From: a virus
Taxonomy: Duplodnaviria > Caudoviricetes
IMG/VR virus record: IMGVR_UViG_3300023218_000014
Coordinates: 1-24,401 of that record
Length of the DNA: 24,401 nucleotides
Reading direction: 5' to 3' (one strand)
The position numbers and the translations under genes are program-made. Shown here in pieces: positions 1 through 7,863 of this stretch. The notes beneath the pieces were generated by a model. It was not told the DNA's origin. It did no database searches and saw only the letters and a list, made by a program, of their open reading frames with translations. Numbering within the stretch: position 1 is the first letter of the stretch; the number at the start of each line of letters is the position of its first letter.

Positions 1-1
1 G

Positions 2-67
2 TCCGAGGGCCAGATCCTAGCTCGCACCCAGGGTATGCTCCAGAGAGCGCAGAGGAGAAACACTTGA
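2..67 (+). CDS. 3' end of a probable tail tape-measure protein (partial)
   Basis: Frame 2 is open from the window edge: SEGQILARTQGMLQRAQRRNT* (TGA 65-67), overlapping the next TTG start. It resembles the C-terminal S(E/Q)xQI...RR.. ending of GTA-like tape-measure proteins and sits just upstream of the DUF2460 gene. Confidence 0.6.
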   Translation, partial: SEGQILARTQGMLQRAQRRNT

Positions 68-669
68 GCTTCCACGACGTGAGGCTACCGGATGACATCG
101 AGCGTGGCGCCAGTGGTGGGCCGGGCTTCAAGACGACCGTAATAACGCTTGCGAGCGGCCACGAGAAGCGCAATGTCGAGTGGTCGCAACAGCGGGGCCG
201 TTGGGATATCGGGTACGGCATACAGTCTCTCGACGGCCTGGGGGACGTGGTTGACTTCTTCTACGCCCGTCAAGGGCGAGCCTTCGGATTTCGGTTCAAG
301 GACTGGTCGGATTTCGAGATAACGGATAAGCAGCCGATCGGGACCGGAGATGGCCTAGAGGTCGAGTTCCAGATCTTCAAGCGATACTCAAGTGGCGGCA
401 TTGACTTCGACCGCACGATCACGAAGCCGGTCAGCGGAACGGTCAAACCCTTCCTGGACGGCGTTGAGCAAACGAGTGGCTTCACGGTCGATAACACGAC
501 CGGCATCATAACGTTCGATACCGCTCCGGGCGCCGGGGTCGAGGTGCAGGTCGAGTGCGAGTTCGATACGCCAGTTCGGTTCGACACCGACAATCTCGAC
601 ATCAGCGTCGAGACGTTCAGTGCCGGCGCGATCCCCAGCATCTCGATCATCGAGATAAGGACTCCCTGA
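64..669 (+). CDS. DUF2460 (TIGR02217) GTA-like distal tail protein
   Basis: SFHDVRLP..GASGGPGFKT..SGHEKRN..W, FFYARQGRAFGFRFKDWSDF and EFDTPVRFDTD motifs typical of RcGTA g12 homologues. TTG start with AGGAG upstream; 201 aa. Confidence 0.92.
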   Translation: MSFHDVRLPDDIERGASGGPGFKTTVITLASGHEKRNVEWSQQRGRWDIGYGIQSLDGLGDVVDFFYARQGRAFGFRFKDWSDFEITDKQPIGTGDGLEVEFQIFKRYSSGGIDFDRTITKPVSGTVKPFLDGVEQTSGFTVDNTTGIITFDTAPGAGVEVQVECEFDTPVRFDTDNLDISVETFSAGAIPSISIIEIRTP

Positions 670-2270
670 TGAAGGCTGCATCCAGCGCACTCGACACCCA
701 TCTACAGGGTGAGGTCACGAGCCTCGCGACCTGTTGGCGCGTCACCCGAACGGATGGCGTCGAGGTGTTCCTGACTGATCACGATCAGGATCTCCTATTC
801 GAGGGGAATCTGTATGTCGCCGAGTCGGGCTACAGCCGTACCGCTGTGCAGAATGATAGCACGTTGTCGGTCGATAACCTGGAGATCGAGGGGTTCCTGG
901 ACAGTAGCTTGATCACCGAAGCAGACCTGCGGGCCGGGCTGTACGACTTTGCCGAGATCCGGGTCTTCATGGTGAACTGGCAGGATCTCGGCCAAGGAGA
1001 ACTCAAGCTCCGGCGGGGTCGCCTCGGCGAAGTGACGTTGGTCGAGGGCTCAGAGATCTACCGGGCTGAATTGCGCGGCATGTCGCAGTCGCTATCGCAG
1101 CAGATCGGTCAAGTCTACAGCCCCGAATGCCGCGTTGACCTCGGGGATAGTAAGTGCAAGATTCCGATCCAGCCTCCCGTGGTCGAGCGTAGCACTGAGT
1201 ATCAGGTGGGCGACTTCTACAGAGTCGTGACGGATGAGGCCGCGTCGAATCAAGCACAGTTCGAGAACCGTATCTATCGCGTGACCCAGGCCGGGACAAC
1301 GGCCGCAGATACGGACGGTGTAGAGACACAGGTTGGCATCAATAACGCTAGCTTTGAGCAAGACGGGACAGGGTCGAGTGTGTCCGTTACGGGCTGGACC
1401 ATCGTGTCTGGCGAATGGGACCTACACGATTCATCAAACGGCGGCCTGGGCGCCCAAGATGGCAGCATATATCTTGAGGGCGGCGTTTCCGCGTCTGGTG
1501 AAATCAAACAGGAAATTTTGGTAGAAGACAATTTCAACTTGACGGCAGTCGACTCGGGTGATGTCGATATGGATTTTTCGATTTGGCGTGCCAATTCGTT
1601 CGGGGACGATGAGGGCCGAGTCCTGGTCGAGATACTGGACGGAACCGATACCGTTATCGCGACTCCACTCGATACCGGGCTAGAAGAGATAACGCCGGAA
1701 GACACCTGGGTCGAGCGTTCTTTCAGCGATTTCAACCTCCCGACAGGATCTCGAAAGATACGAATCACCCTATTCCATAATCTCGTGACCGGCAGTCAGG
1801 CCAATGCGGCTTTCGATAACGTAACGGCTGTCCTGAAGAAAGGTCCTCTGGAGTATAGCACCACCGTGGGCGACACGACGCTGGACGGAACCGTGCTGGC
1901 CGAGACCCAGCAAGCCTGGACCCGACACGCCACTGTCACGAACGCGATTGACCGCAAGACCTTCGAGATCGACGTTACCGAGGCTCGGGCGGTCGATGAC
2001 TGGTTCAACGTTGGTGCGGCCACGTTCGAATCGGGTCTTAACCAAGGACGCTCGATGGAGATCAAGGACTGGATCGCGGCGGATTCGCGTGTCGTTCTGT
2101 ACCTCGCACTCCCGAACGACATCCAGGTCGGGGACGAGTTAAGGCTCTATCCAGGATGTGACAAAACGCTTGCAACGTGCCGTGATAAGTTCGATAATGT
2201 GATCAACTTTCGCGGCGAGCCGTTCGTTCCGGGATCGGATTTCCTCGCTCGCTACCCGGATCAGAAGTAG
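669..2270 (+). CDS. DUF2163/BR0599 baseplate hub protein with an internal carbohydrate-binding-like insertion
   Basis: True start is ATG 669 (TGATG overlap), giving 533 aa. Motifs TSLATCWRVTRTDG..TDHD, CRVDLGDSKC and GCDKTLATCRDKFDNVINFRGEPFVPG, with the four conserved Cys. Confidence 0.9.
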   Translation: MKAASSALDTHLQGEVTSLATCWRVTRTDGVEVFLTDHDQDLLFEGNLYVAESGYSRTAVQNDSTLSVDNLEIEGFLDSSLITEADLRAGLYDFAEIRVFMVNWQDLGQGELKLRRGRLGEVTLVEGSEIYRAELRGMSQSLSQQIGQVYSPECRVDLGDSKCKIPIQPPVVERSTEYQVGDFYRVVTDEAASNQAQFENRIYRVTQAGTTAADTDGVETQVGINNASFEQDGTGSSVSVTGWTIVSGEWDLHDSSNGGLGAQDGSIYLEGGVSASGEIKQEILVEDNFNLTAVDSGDVDMDFSIWRANSFGDDEGRVLVEILDGTDTVIATPLDTGLEEITPEDTWVERSFSDFNLPTGSRKIRITLFHNLVTGSQANAAFDNVTAVLKKGPLEYSTTVGDTTLDGTVLAETQQAWTRHATVTNAIDRKTFEIDVTEARAVDDWFNVGAATFESGLNQGRSMEIKDWIAADSRVVLYLALPNDIQVGDELRLYPGCDKTLATCRDKFDNVINFRGEPFVPGSDFLARYPDQK

Positions 2271-2278
2271 GGTACGGT

Positions 2279-5200
2279 ATGGCCATCCTCCAGCTAGCTC
2301 TAGGCGCCGTCGGGGCCGTTGCGGGTGGGTTCTTCGGAGCCCCGAACGCAGGCTTTCTGCTCGGCTCCCTCCTGGGCGGCTTCCTGGGCAGGCAAGAACA
2401 GGTTCAGCGCGGACCGCGCCTACAGGACCGGACCGTAACGACATCCACGTATGGCGAACCCATACCGATACTGTACGGGACCATACGGGTTCCGGGTAAC
2501 ATCATCTGGACTTCCGGTATCGAGGAGAGTCGCAAGCAACAGACGCGCGATGGCGTCAAGACGATCACGTACAAGTATTTCTCATCTTTGGCCCTCGGCC
2601 TAGGTGAAGGGCCGGTCGAGGACGTGATCCGAATCTGGGCTGACGGGAATCTGATCTTCGACCGGACAGATGACAATCTCGATACTCTCTCGAAAGCCGG
2701 TCTGGTCTTCCGGTTCTACCCCGGCAGCGAGGACCAGTTGCCCGATCCCGCCATACAGGAAGATGTCGGCGCCGCCAATACTCCCGCCTTCCGGGGTCTG
2801 TCCTACATCGTGATAGACAGCCTGCCGTTAGGCGACTTCGGGAATCGTATCCCGAACTTTTCGTTCGAGGTATCGACCAAGCGAGAACTAGCGTTCCCGT
2901 TTATCGAACGAACCACTCTTCCTAGCCCTACTTCGATCGACATCGGTACATTTCAGGTCGATCGTGATCGTAATAAACTTTATGCCGTCAACGCAGTTGA
3001 CGACACCTTAACGGCGATTTCGCTGGACAACATGAACGACATTAGATCAGTAGAGGGCGCTGATCTATTCGATTCTGAAAAGTTCCCGACAGTGAACTTC
3101 GAGGGTATAAGCCGCAGCTACATGGTCGGTAACGACGGTTTTATCTACATGAGAGACAACAGTGCGTCTAACTCTGAGGAGTTATTCAAGATAGACCCGA
3201 GCAGTATGAAGATCGTATCTGTGTTCGGGCAAGAAAGCGGTAGTTTGTCTAACAGCACGACTAGTTTCGTCAATGTAGACTTATTCGCCATGGCTACCGC
3301 TCAAGGACTCGATGGGCAGAGACATTTCGTCATAACGGGAAGTATTTTTGACGACGTCGGAGTCTTGAGGGCAGACGACTTCACGTATCTGTGGGGCGCG
3401 GGTCAAGAGGTGGACGAACAGGATGTCGGTATCCTGTTTCCTGGACGTATCGGTGCCGGGTTCGGCGACGCATACGCGATCGGCCAACGGCGTAACGCCA
3501 ATATCGCGACCGTGGGGGTCTACCGCTGGCGCATAGCCTTCAACGCCACTATCGACACATTCTCGGGCGAGACGCTTGGGGTGTCGTTCCAGAAGGTCGG
3601 CACCATAGATGCCACGGACATTGATCCCGAAACGCCCGAGACGAGGTTCCTGGGCGGCTTCTATGACCCATCTGACGACGCGCTGGTCATGTGGGCCGCC
3701 CCGACGGGCAGTATAGCACAGAACCGTCTAGTCAAGTATGACCCTAATTCTAATTCTATCGTGTGGGTGACCGAGAAAGTACCTACCGCGTTAGCCACTT
3801 CTTCCCTACATCCAGCAGATCCCATGCTGCACCGTATCGTGGGAGATAGGTATCAGAAAGCTAACGGGGGTGACCTCTATACTTTTGACCTGCGTACAGG
3901 CGAGGTTACGCTAACAGAGAACACGGGCAAAAATATAGCGAGTCAAGAGCAACCCTTCGACGAAGTTACTAATTCGCTCATAGGGTTTGATTCAGCACTG
4001 AGTGTAAACAATACCGTCAAGATATTTACCGACCGAGGAGTTGGCGGCGGAGCGGCATTGTCTGATGTCGTCACCGATATAGCTTCTCGGGTGGGCTTAG
4101 AGCAGTCTGATCTGGATATATCTCTACTGAGCGGCGATGTTGACGGATTTGCGGTATTCGGACCCGAGGAGGCACGGCGCTCCCTCGAAACCCTAGCGGC
4201 GGCCTTCTTCTTCGAGGCGGTCGAGACCGATTTCCTTCTCAAGTTCGTACCGCTCGGCCAGGACAGCGTCGCGACCATCGACCGGGACGACATGATCCCG
4301 GTTGACGACAGGACCGGAGAGACGATCACGGAAAGGCGTTTGCAGGAGGTCGAACTTCCTGAACGGTTCGTCGTGAACTACATCGACAAGGACCGGGACT
4401 ACGATCAGGGAAGTCAGCAGGCCAAGCGTATATCGCTCCTCACGTCCCGAACCATGAGATCCCGAAATCAGGTCGAGGCGGATATAAGTATCGCGATGTC
4501 GGCCGAGTTCGCCAAGCGGATCGCGGACAAGAGCCTCTTCACCGCCTGGGTCGAGCGTACCAGCTACGAGGCTCAGATTCCCTGGACCTATCTGCGACTG
4601 GACCCTACCGATGTCGTGACCTTCACGTTCGCCGAGACCCAAGCGGCGGTGGCGCGACTTACCCGTACTGACATCGGAGCCGGACTCCAGATCGAGATAG
4701 AGAGCTTGGCCGAAGACGACAGCACGTTCAACTCTACTTTGGCGGCCGACGGAGGCCAGAGGACAGTAGCACAGCGAATCATCGTAAACAGCGCCACGAA
4801 TCTCTTCCTTCTCGATATACCGTTATTGCAAGATGAAGATTCGCTAGGGTTTGAGGAAACTCGATTCTATTTCGGTATGGCTGGCTTCGGACAGCCGAAT
4901 TGGCCCGGCGCGATCCTGTATCGTAGCGCGGACGGAACGGTGTTCGAGGTCGCGAGTCAGTCGCTAGTCGAGACTCCCTGGGGCCAGACCGTCAACGCTC
5001 TCGGCGACCCTCCGCCGCCGGGGCCGTTCCATACCGATACGGTAAACTCCTTAACGGTCCAGATGATCACCGGGGGTGATAAACTCCAGAGCGTGACCCA
5101 ACTCGAAATGCTCAATGGCGCCAATCAGGCCATAGTCCAGAAAGCTAACGGTGATTCAGAAATCATACAGTTCCGCGATGTTGTGCAGAATGACGATGGT

Positions 5201-5806
5201 TCTTTCACCTTGTCGGGCCTTCTGAGGGGCCGGCGGGGGACAGACGCTTTCTCTACCGATCATGACGATTCCGAGACCTTCATACTCGTCGAGAACATCG
5301 AATCACTAAAGGTTGAGGTAGAGGCGATAGGCGGAGACCGTTTCTGGAAACCTCTCGGTTTCGGACGCAACCTCGAATCAGTGGCGTCTATGTCTGAGCC
5401 CGTTTCGGGTTCCGACCTCAAGCCATGGGCGCCGGGTGATCCCGAACGCGATGACGACTCAGCTTCGCCCGACATAGTGGTGTCGTGGAAGCGCCGTACG
5501 CGCCTGAGCGGCGAACTCCAGGACGGGACCGGCACCGTACCGCTTGCCGAACAGGCCGAGGAGTACGAAGCCTATATCCTCGGTTCGGCGCCGGACCTCG
5601 ATGTCTTCGACCCCGAGGATGCCGGAACCTTCCTGAGATCCTTTACGGGCTTGACATCCCCGACCTTTACCTATACGGATGCAGATCAGACTACGGATGG
5701 GTTCGACAAGGCCGATCCTCTGCATCTAGTGATCTATCAGATCAGCACCGTGGTCGGGAGGGGCTTCCCGAAGGCCGTGAGCATCGACCAGCCCTGGCCG
5801 GGTTAA
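2279..5806 (+). CDS. Large tail-tip / host-specificity protein (GTA g15-like, Phage-tail_3 domain)
   Basis: GPRLQD..TSTYGEPIPILYGTIRVPGNIIW, RIWADG, PAFRGLSYIV..LPLGDFGNRIPNFSFEV, R.QEVELP..V.YID.DRDY, LSGLLRGRRGTD and W.RRTR motifs; 1175 aa. Confidence 0.88.
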   Translation: MAILQLALGAVGAVAGGFFGAPNAGFLLGSLLGGFLGRQEQVQRGPRLQDRTVTTSTYGEPIPILYGTIRVPGNIIWTSGIEESRKQQTRDGVKTITYKYFSSLALGLGEGPVEDVIRIWADGNLIFDRTDDNLDTLSKAGLVFRFYPGSEDQLPDPAIQEDVGAANTPAFRGLSYIVIDSLPLGDFGNRIPNFSFEVSTKRELAFPFIERTTLPSPTSIDIGTFQVDRDRNKLYAVNAVDDTLTAISLDNMNDIRSVEGADLFDSEKFPTVNFEGISRSYMVGNDGFIYMRDNSASNSEELFKIDPSSMKIVSVFGQESGSLSNSTTSFVNVDLFAMATAQGLDGQRHFVITGSIFDDVGVLRADDFTYLWGAGQEVDEQDVGILFPGRIGAGFGDAYAIGQRRNANIATVGVYRWRIAFNATIDTFSGETLGVSFQKVGTIDATDIDPETPETRFLGGFYDPSDDALVMWAAPTGSIAQNRLVKYDPNSNSIVWVTEKVPTALATSSLHPADPMLHRIVGDRYQKANGGDLYTFDLRTGEVTLTENTGKNIASQEQPFDEVTNSLIGFDSALSVNNTVKIFTDRGVGGGAALSDVVTDIASRVGLEQSDLDISLLSGDVDGFAVFGPEEARRSLETLAAAFFFEAVETDFLLKFVPLGQDSVATIDRDDMIPVDDRTGETITERRLQEVELPERFVVNYIDKDRDYDQGSQQAKRISLLTSRTMRSRNQVEADISIAMSAEFAKRIADKSLFTAWVERTSYEAQIPWTYLRLDPTDVVTFTFAETQAAVARLTRTDIGAGLQIEIESLAEDDSTFNSTLAADGGQRTVAQRIIVNSATNLFLLDIPLLQDEDSLGFEETRFYFGMAGFGQPNWPGAILYRSADGTVFEVASQSLVETPWGQTVNALGDPPPPGPFHTDTVNSLTVQMITGGDKLQSVTQLEMLNGANQAIVQKANGDSEIIQFRDVVQNDDGSFTLSGLLRGRRGTDAFSTDHDDSETFILVENIESLKVEVEAIGGDRFWKPLGFGRNLESVASMSEPVSGSDLKPWAPGDPERDDDSASPDIVVSWKRRTRLSGELQDGTGTVPLAEQAEEYEAYILGSAPDLDVFDPEDAGTFLRSFTGLTSPTFTYTDADQTTDGFDKADPLHLVIYQISTVVGRGFPKAVSIDQPWPG

Positions 5807-5828
5807 GGCCGCCAGACAGGAGTTTCGT

Positions 5829-6533
5829 ATGGGTAATCTCGCTATAGATCAAGTATCGGCCGGTCAGAACCAGAAAGAGGTCACGATCAATGACGCGACC
5901 GATCAGCTAGATCGTGCGCTGACAGATCGACTCGACGTGGATATGTCCGGGGGCGATGTCACGCTCACGAATGAGCAGTTCCGCCGCAGCTTCGGTTTCC
6001 TCGCCAACGGACTGAGTGCTCCCCAGACCCTCACGGTCCCGGCGATCCAGCGGCCTTTCACAGTCGTGAATCTCAGCGCCACTCATGTCGTCACGGTCGA
6101 GAGAGGATCGACGAGCTTCGACGTACAGCCGAACGGGTCCGCGTTATTCTACACCGATGGCTCGACCGACGGGATGCAGCTACTCGGATTCGTGACGACC
6201 TTCTACGACATCGGCTCTTTCGCGCCCGGCAAGCCGCCTGACGGCGATGCGTTTCTCCGATACGTCTTCATCCGCGAAGTCACGTTCGGGACCAATTTCC
6301 CGCTCTCTCGCGCGATAGCGGCGGTGGCCGCAGCCTCGACGGCGCAATTCGACATCCGGCGCAATGGCGTTAGCGTGGGGACGTTCGAGTTCGCGGCCGG
6401 GTCCGATACCGCCACCTTCTCGTCCGCGTCTGCCGTGACGTTCCTGCCCGGAGACGAGATGGTGATCGTGTCACCATCGCCTCAAGACGCCGACCTGACG
6501 GATGTGTCGCTTAACCTCGCGGGAGTGATCTGA
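5829..6533 (+). CDS. DUF2793-like tail fibre/adaptor protein
   Basis: N-terminal NLAIDQVSAGQNQKEVTINDA..QLD matches the QAQKHVT.NEAL..LD motif of DUF2793-type proteins that follow GTA-like tail-tip genes. AGGAG RBS; beta-rich C-terminus. Confidence 0.65.
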   Translation: MGNLAIDQVSAGQNQKEVTINDATDQLDRALTDRLDVDMSGGDVTLTNEQFRRSFGFLANGLSAPQTLTVPAIQRPFTVVNLSATHVVTVERGSTSFDVQPNGSALFYTDGSTDGMQLLGFVTTFYDIGSFAPGKPPDGDAFLRYVFIREVTFGTNFPLSRAIAAVAAASTAQFDIRRNGVSVGTFEFAAGSDTATFSSASAVTFLPGDEMVIVSPSPQDADLTDVSLNLAGVI

Positions 6534-7543
6534 TGGCTATCGTGATGATCGAAGGGTTCGAGCAGATCCCGACAGACAGCAACAGCGCCCTCAGCCTGTA
6601 CGGGTGGAATCCGACGAGGAGCATCTCGAACATAGAGGTCGAAGCCACCGACCCCCGATTTCCCGGCACGAAATACCTTATAAGTGAACGAACTGGCGAT
6701 GCGGTGTCGAAGAACTTCGGTTCGGATCTGAGCACGTTCGTTATCGGCAATGCGTTATTCATCGACCTAGAAGACGGTGACTGCAATCTCGATATGCAAA
6801 ACGGATCTGACATTGTTATCAGACTTAGGTTTGATTTCGGCGGAACTCTAGAAGTCTTCAACGGCAACGGTTTCCAGCTACTCGGCAGTACGACCTACCC
6901 CGCCGGATCATGGTTCTATCTTGAGCTTAAGGTATTTGTCGATAGTTCGACCGGCACAGTCGATATATGGATCAACGGGAGTAATGTCCTTTCGCTAACG
7001 GGCGTCGATACCACAGACGGATCGGCGACCACTGTCAACACCGTATCCTACGACCAAGACGACAATGGGGCGATCTACCGGATAGACGACGTTTATGTCA
7101 CCGACGGTGATGTGCTGGGCGATTCTCGCGTTCTGCCGCTCCGCCCCGATGGCGATGGCAACTCGACACAGTTCACACCCGATAGCGGTGGGAGTAATTT
7201 CAGTCAGGTCAACGAGACGGAACCTGATGACGATACTTCATTCGTCGAGTCCGGAACTCTGAATGACCTGGACCTCTATACTTTGGAAGATCCCGTCTCG
7301 ACCCCCGCCACCGTACACGCCGTACGGTCTGTCGTGAGGGCGCGAAAGACCGATACCGATCCGCTGTCGCTCACGCATACGGTCCGGACCGGGGGGTCGA
7401 ATTTCTCAGGAGACGAGTCCGCGCTAGGGACCGACTATGCGGTCTTCGAGAACATTTGGGAGCAAAATCCCAACACCACAGCGGCGTGGCAGGGATCGGA
7501 ACTTACCGATCTCGAACTCGGGTACGAAGTCACGGTCACGTAG
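6533..7543 (+). CDS. Putative virion adsorption protein with a concanavalin/LamG-like beta-sandwich region
   Basis: TGATG coupling to the previous gene. W(F)YLELKV....GTVDIWING and IDDVYVTD motifs typical of jelly-roll tail proteins; very acidic and Ser/Thr-rich; 336 aa. Confidence 0.6.
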   Translation: MAIVMIEGFEQIPTDSNSALSLYGWNPTRSISNIEVEATDPRFPGTKYLISERTGDAVSKNFGSDLSTFVIGNALFIDLEDGDCNLDMQNGSDIVIRLRFDFGGTLEVFNGNGFQLLGSTTYPAGSWFYLELKVFVDSSTGTVDIWINGSNVLSLTGVDTTDGSATTVNTVSYDQDDNGAIYRIDDVYVTDGDVLGDSRVLPLRPDGDGNSTQFTPDSGGSNFSQVNETEPDDDTSFVESGTLNDLDLYTLEDPVSTPATVHAVRSVVRARKTDTDPLSLTHTVRTGGSNFSGDESALGTDYAVFENIWEQNPNTTAAWQGSELTDLELGYEVTVT

Positions 7544-7552
7544 GGGGTCGAG

Positions 7553-7807
7553 ATGGCCGGGCGCGTAACCACCCAGACGACCGAGGTACTGGTCTCGGGC
7601 GAATCCGAGGGCCGGGTCACGAATCTGGTCGGCGAGATACTGGTATCCGGGCCTTCCGAGGGCCGGGTCACGAACCTAGTCGGCGAGATGCTGGTATCCG
7701 GGCCTTCTCAGGGCCGGGTCACGAACCTAGTCGGCGAGATCCTGGTCAGTACGGCTATAGTCTCGACAAGGCCAACCTTCGTGGTGTTCACCAGCGCGTC
7801 AAGATAG
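7553..7807 (+). CDS. Small 17-aa tandem repeat protein, probably tail-associated
   Basis: 84 aa with four GRVTxxxxE(V/I/M)LVS(GxS) repeats. AGGGGG upstream; fills the gap between the tail and lysis genes. Confidence 0.7.
   Translation: MAGRVTTQTTEVLVSGESEGRVTNLVGEILVSGPSEGRVTNLVGEMLVSGPSQGRVTNLVGEILVSTAIVSTRPTFVVFTSASR
7556..7750 (+). repeat. 51-bp tandem repeat, about 3.8 copies
   Basis: Units start at 7556 (diverged), 7607, 7658 and 7709, e.g. gagggccgggtcacgaatctggtcggcgagatactggtatccgggccttcc. Confidence 0.95.
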
Positions 7808-7836
7808 TTGACGCCAGTGCCGCAATAAGGTATATT
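7808..7836 (+). promoter_or_regulatory. sigma70-like promoter upstream of the lysis cassette
   Basis: TTGACG (7808-7813), 17 bp spacer, TATATT (7831-7836), in the intergenic gap before the CAGGAGG RBS. Confidence 0.65.
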
Positions 7837-7863
7837 GGACCTCCCGAACACCAGGAGGTCCCG

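Noticed and set aside
555-668. N-terminal extension of the hub ORF in the ORF track
   Set aside because: It overlaps the DUF2460 gene; homology starts at the coupled ATG 669.
1-3000. Over- or under-representation of CTAG or GANTC sites
   Set aside because: Rough manual counts in the first 2-3 kb were near random expectation; a real k-mer analysis would be needed.
64-5806. Gene transfer agent cluster rather than phage
   Set aside because: The linked replication, nucleotide-metabolism and lysis modules indicate an autonomous phage.
7556-7750. Possible CRISPR array
   Set aside because: The units are contiguous with no unique spacers, the period is a multiple of 3 and the repeat is coding.
7456-7863. 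N-terminal extension of the amidase ORF with apparent GPGHEPSRRD repeats
   Set aside because: It is an off-frame reading of the 51-bp repeat; a strong RBS and a promoter point to ATG 7864.
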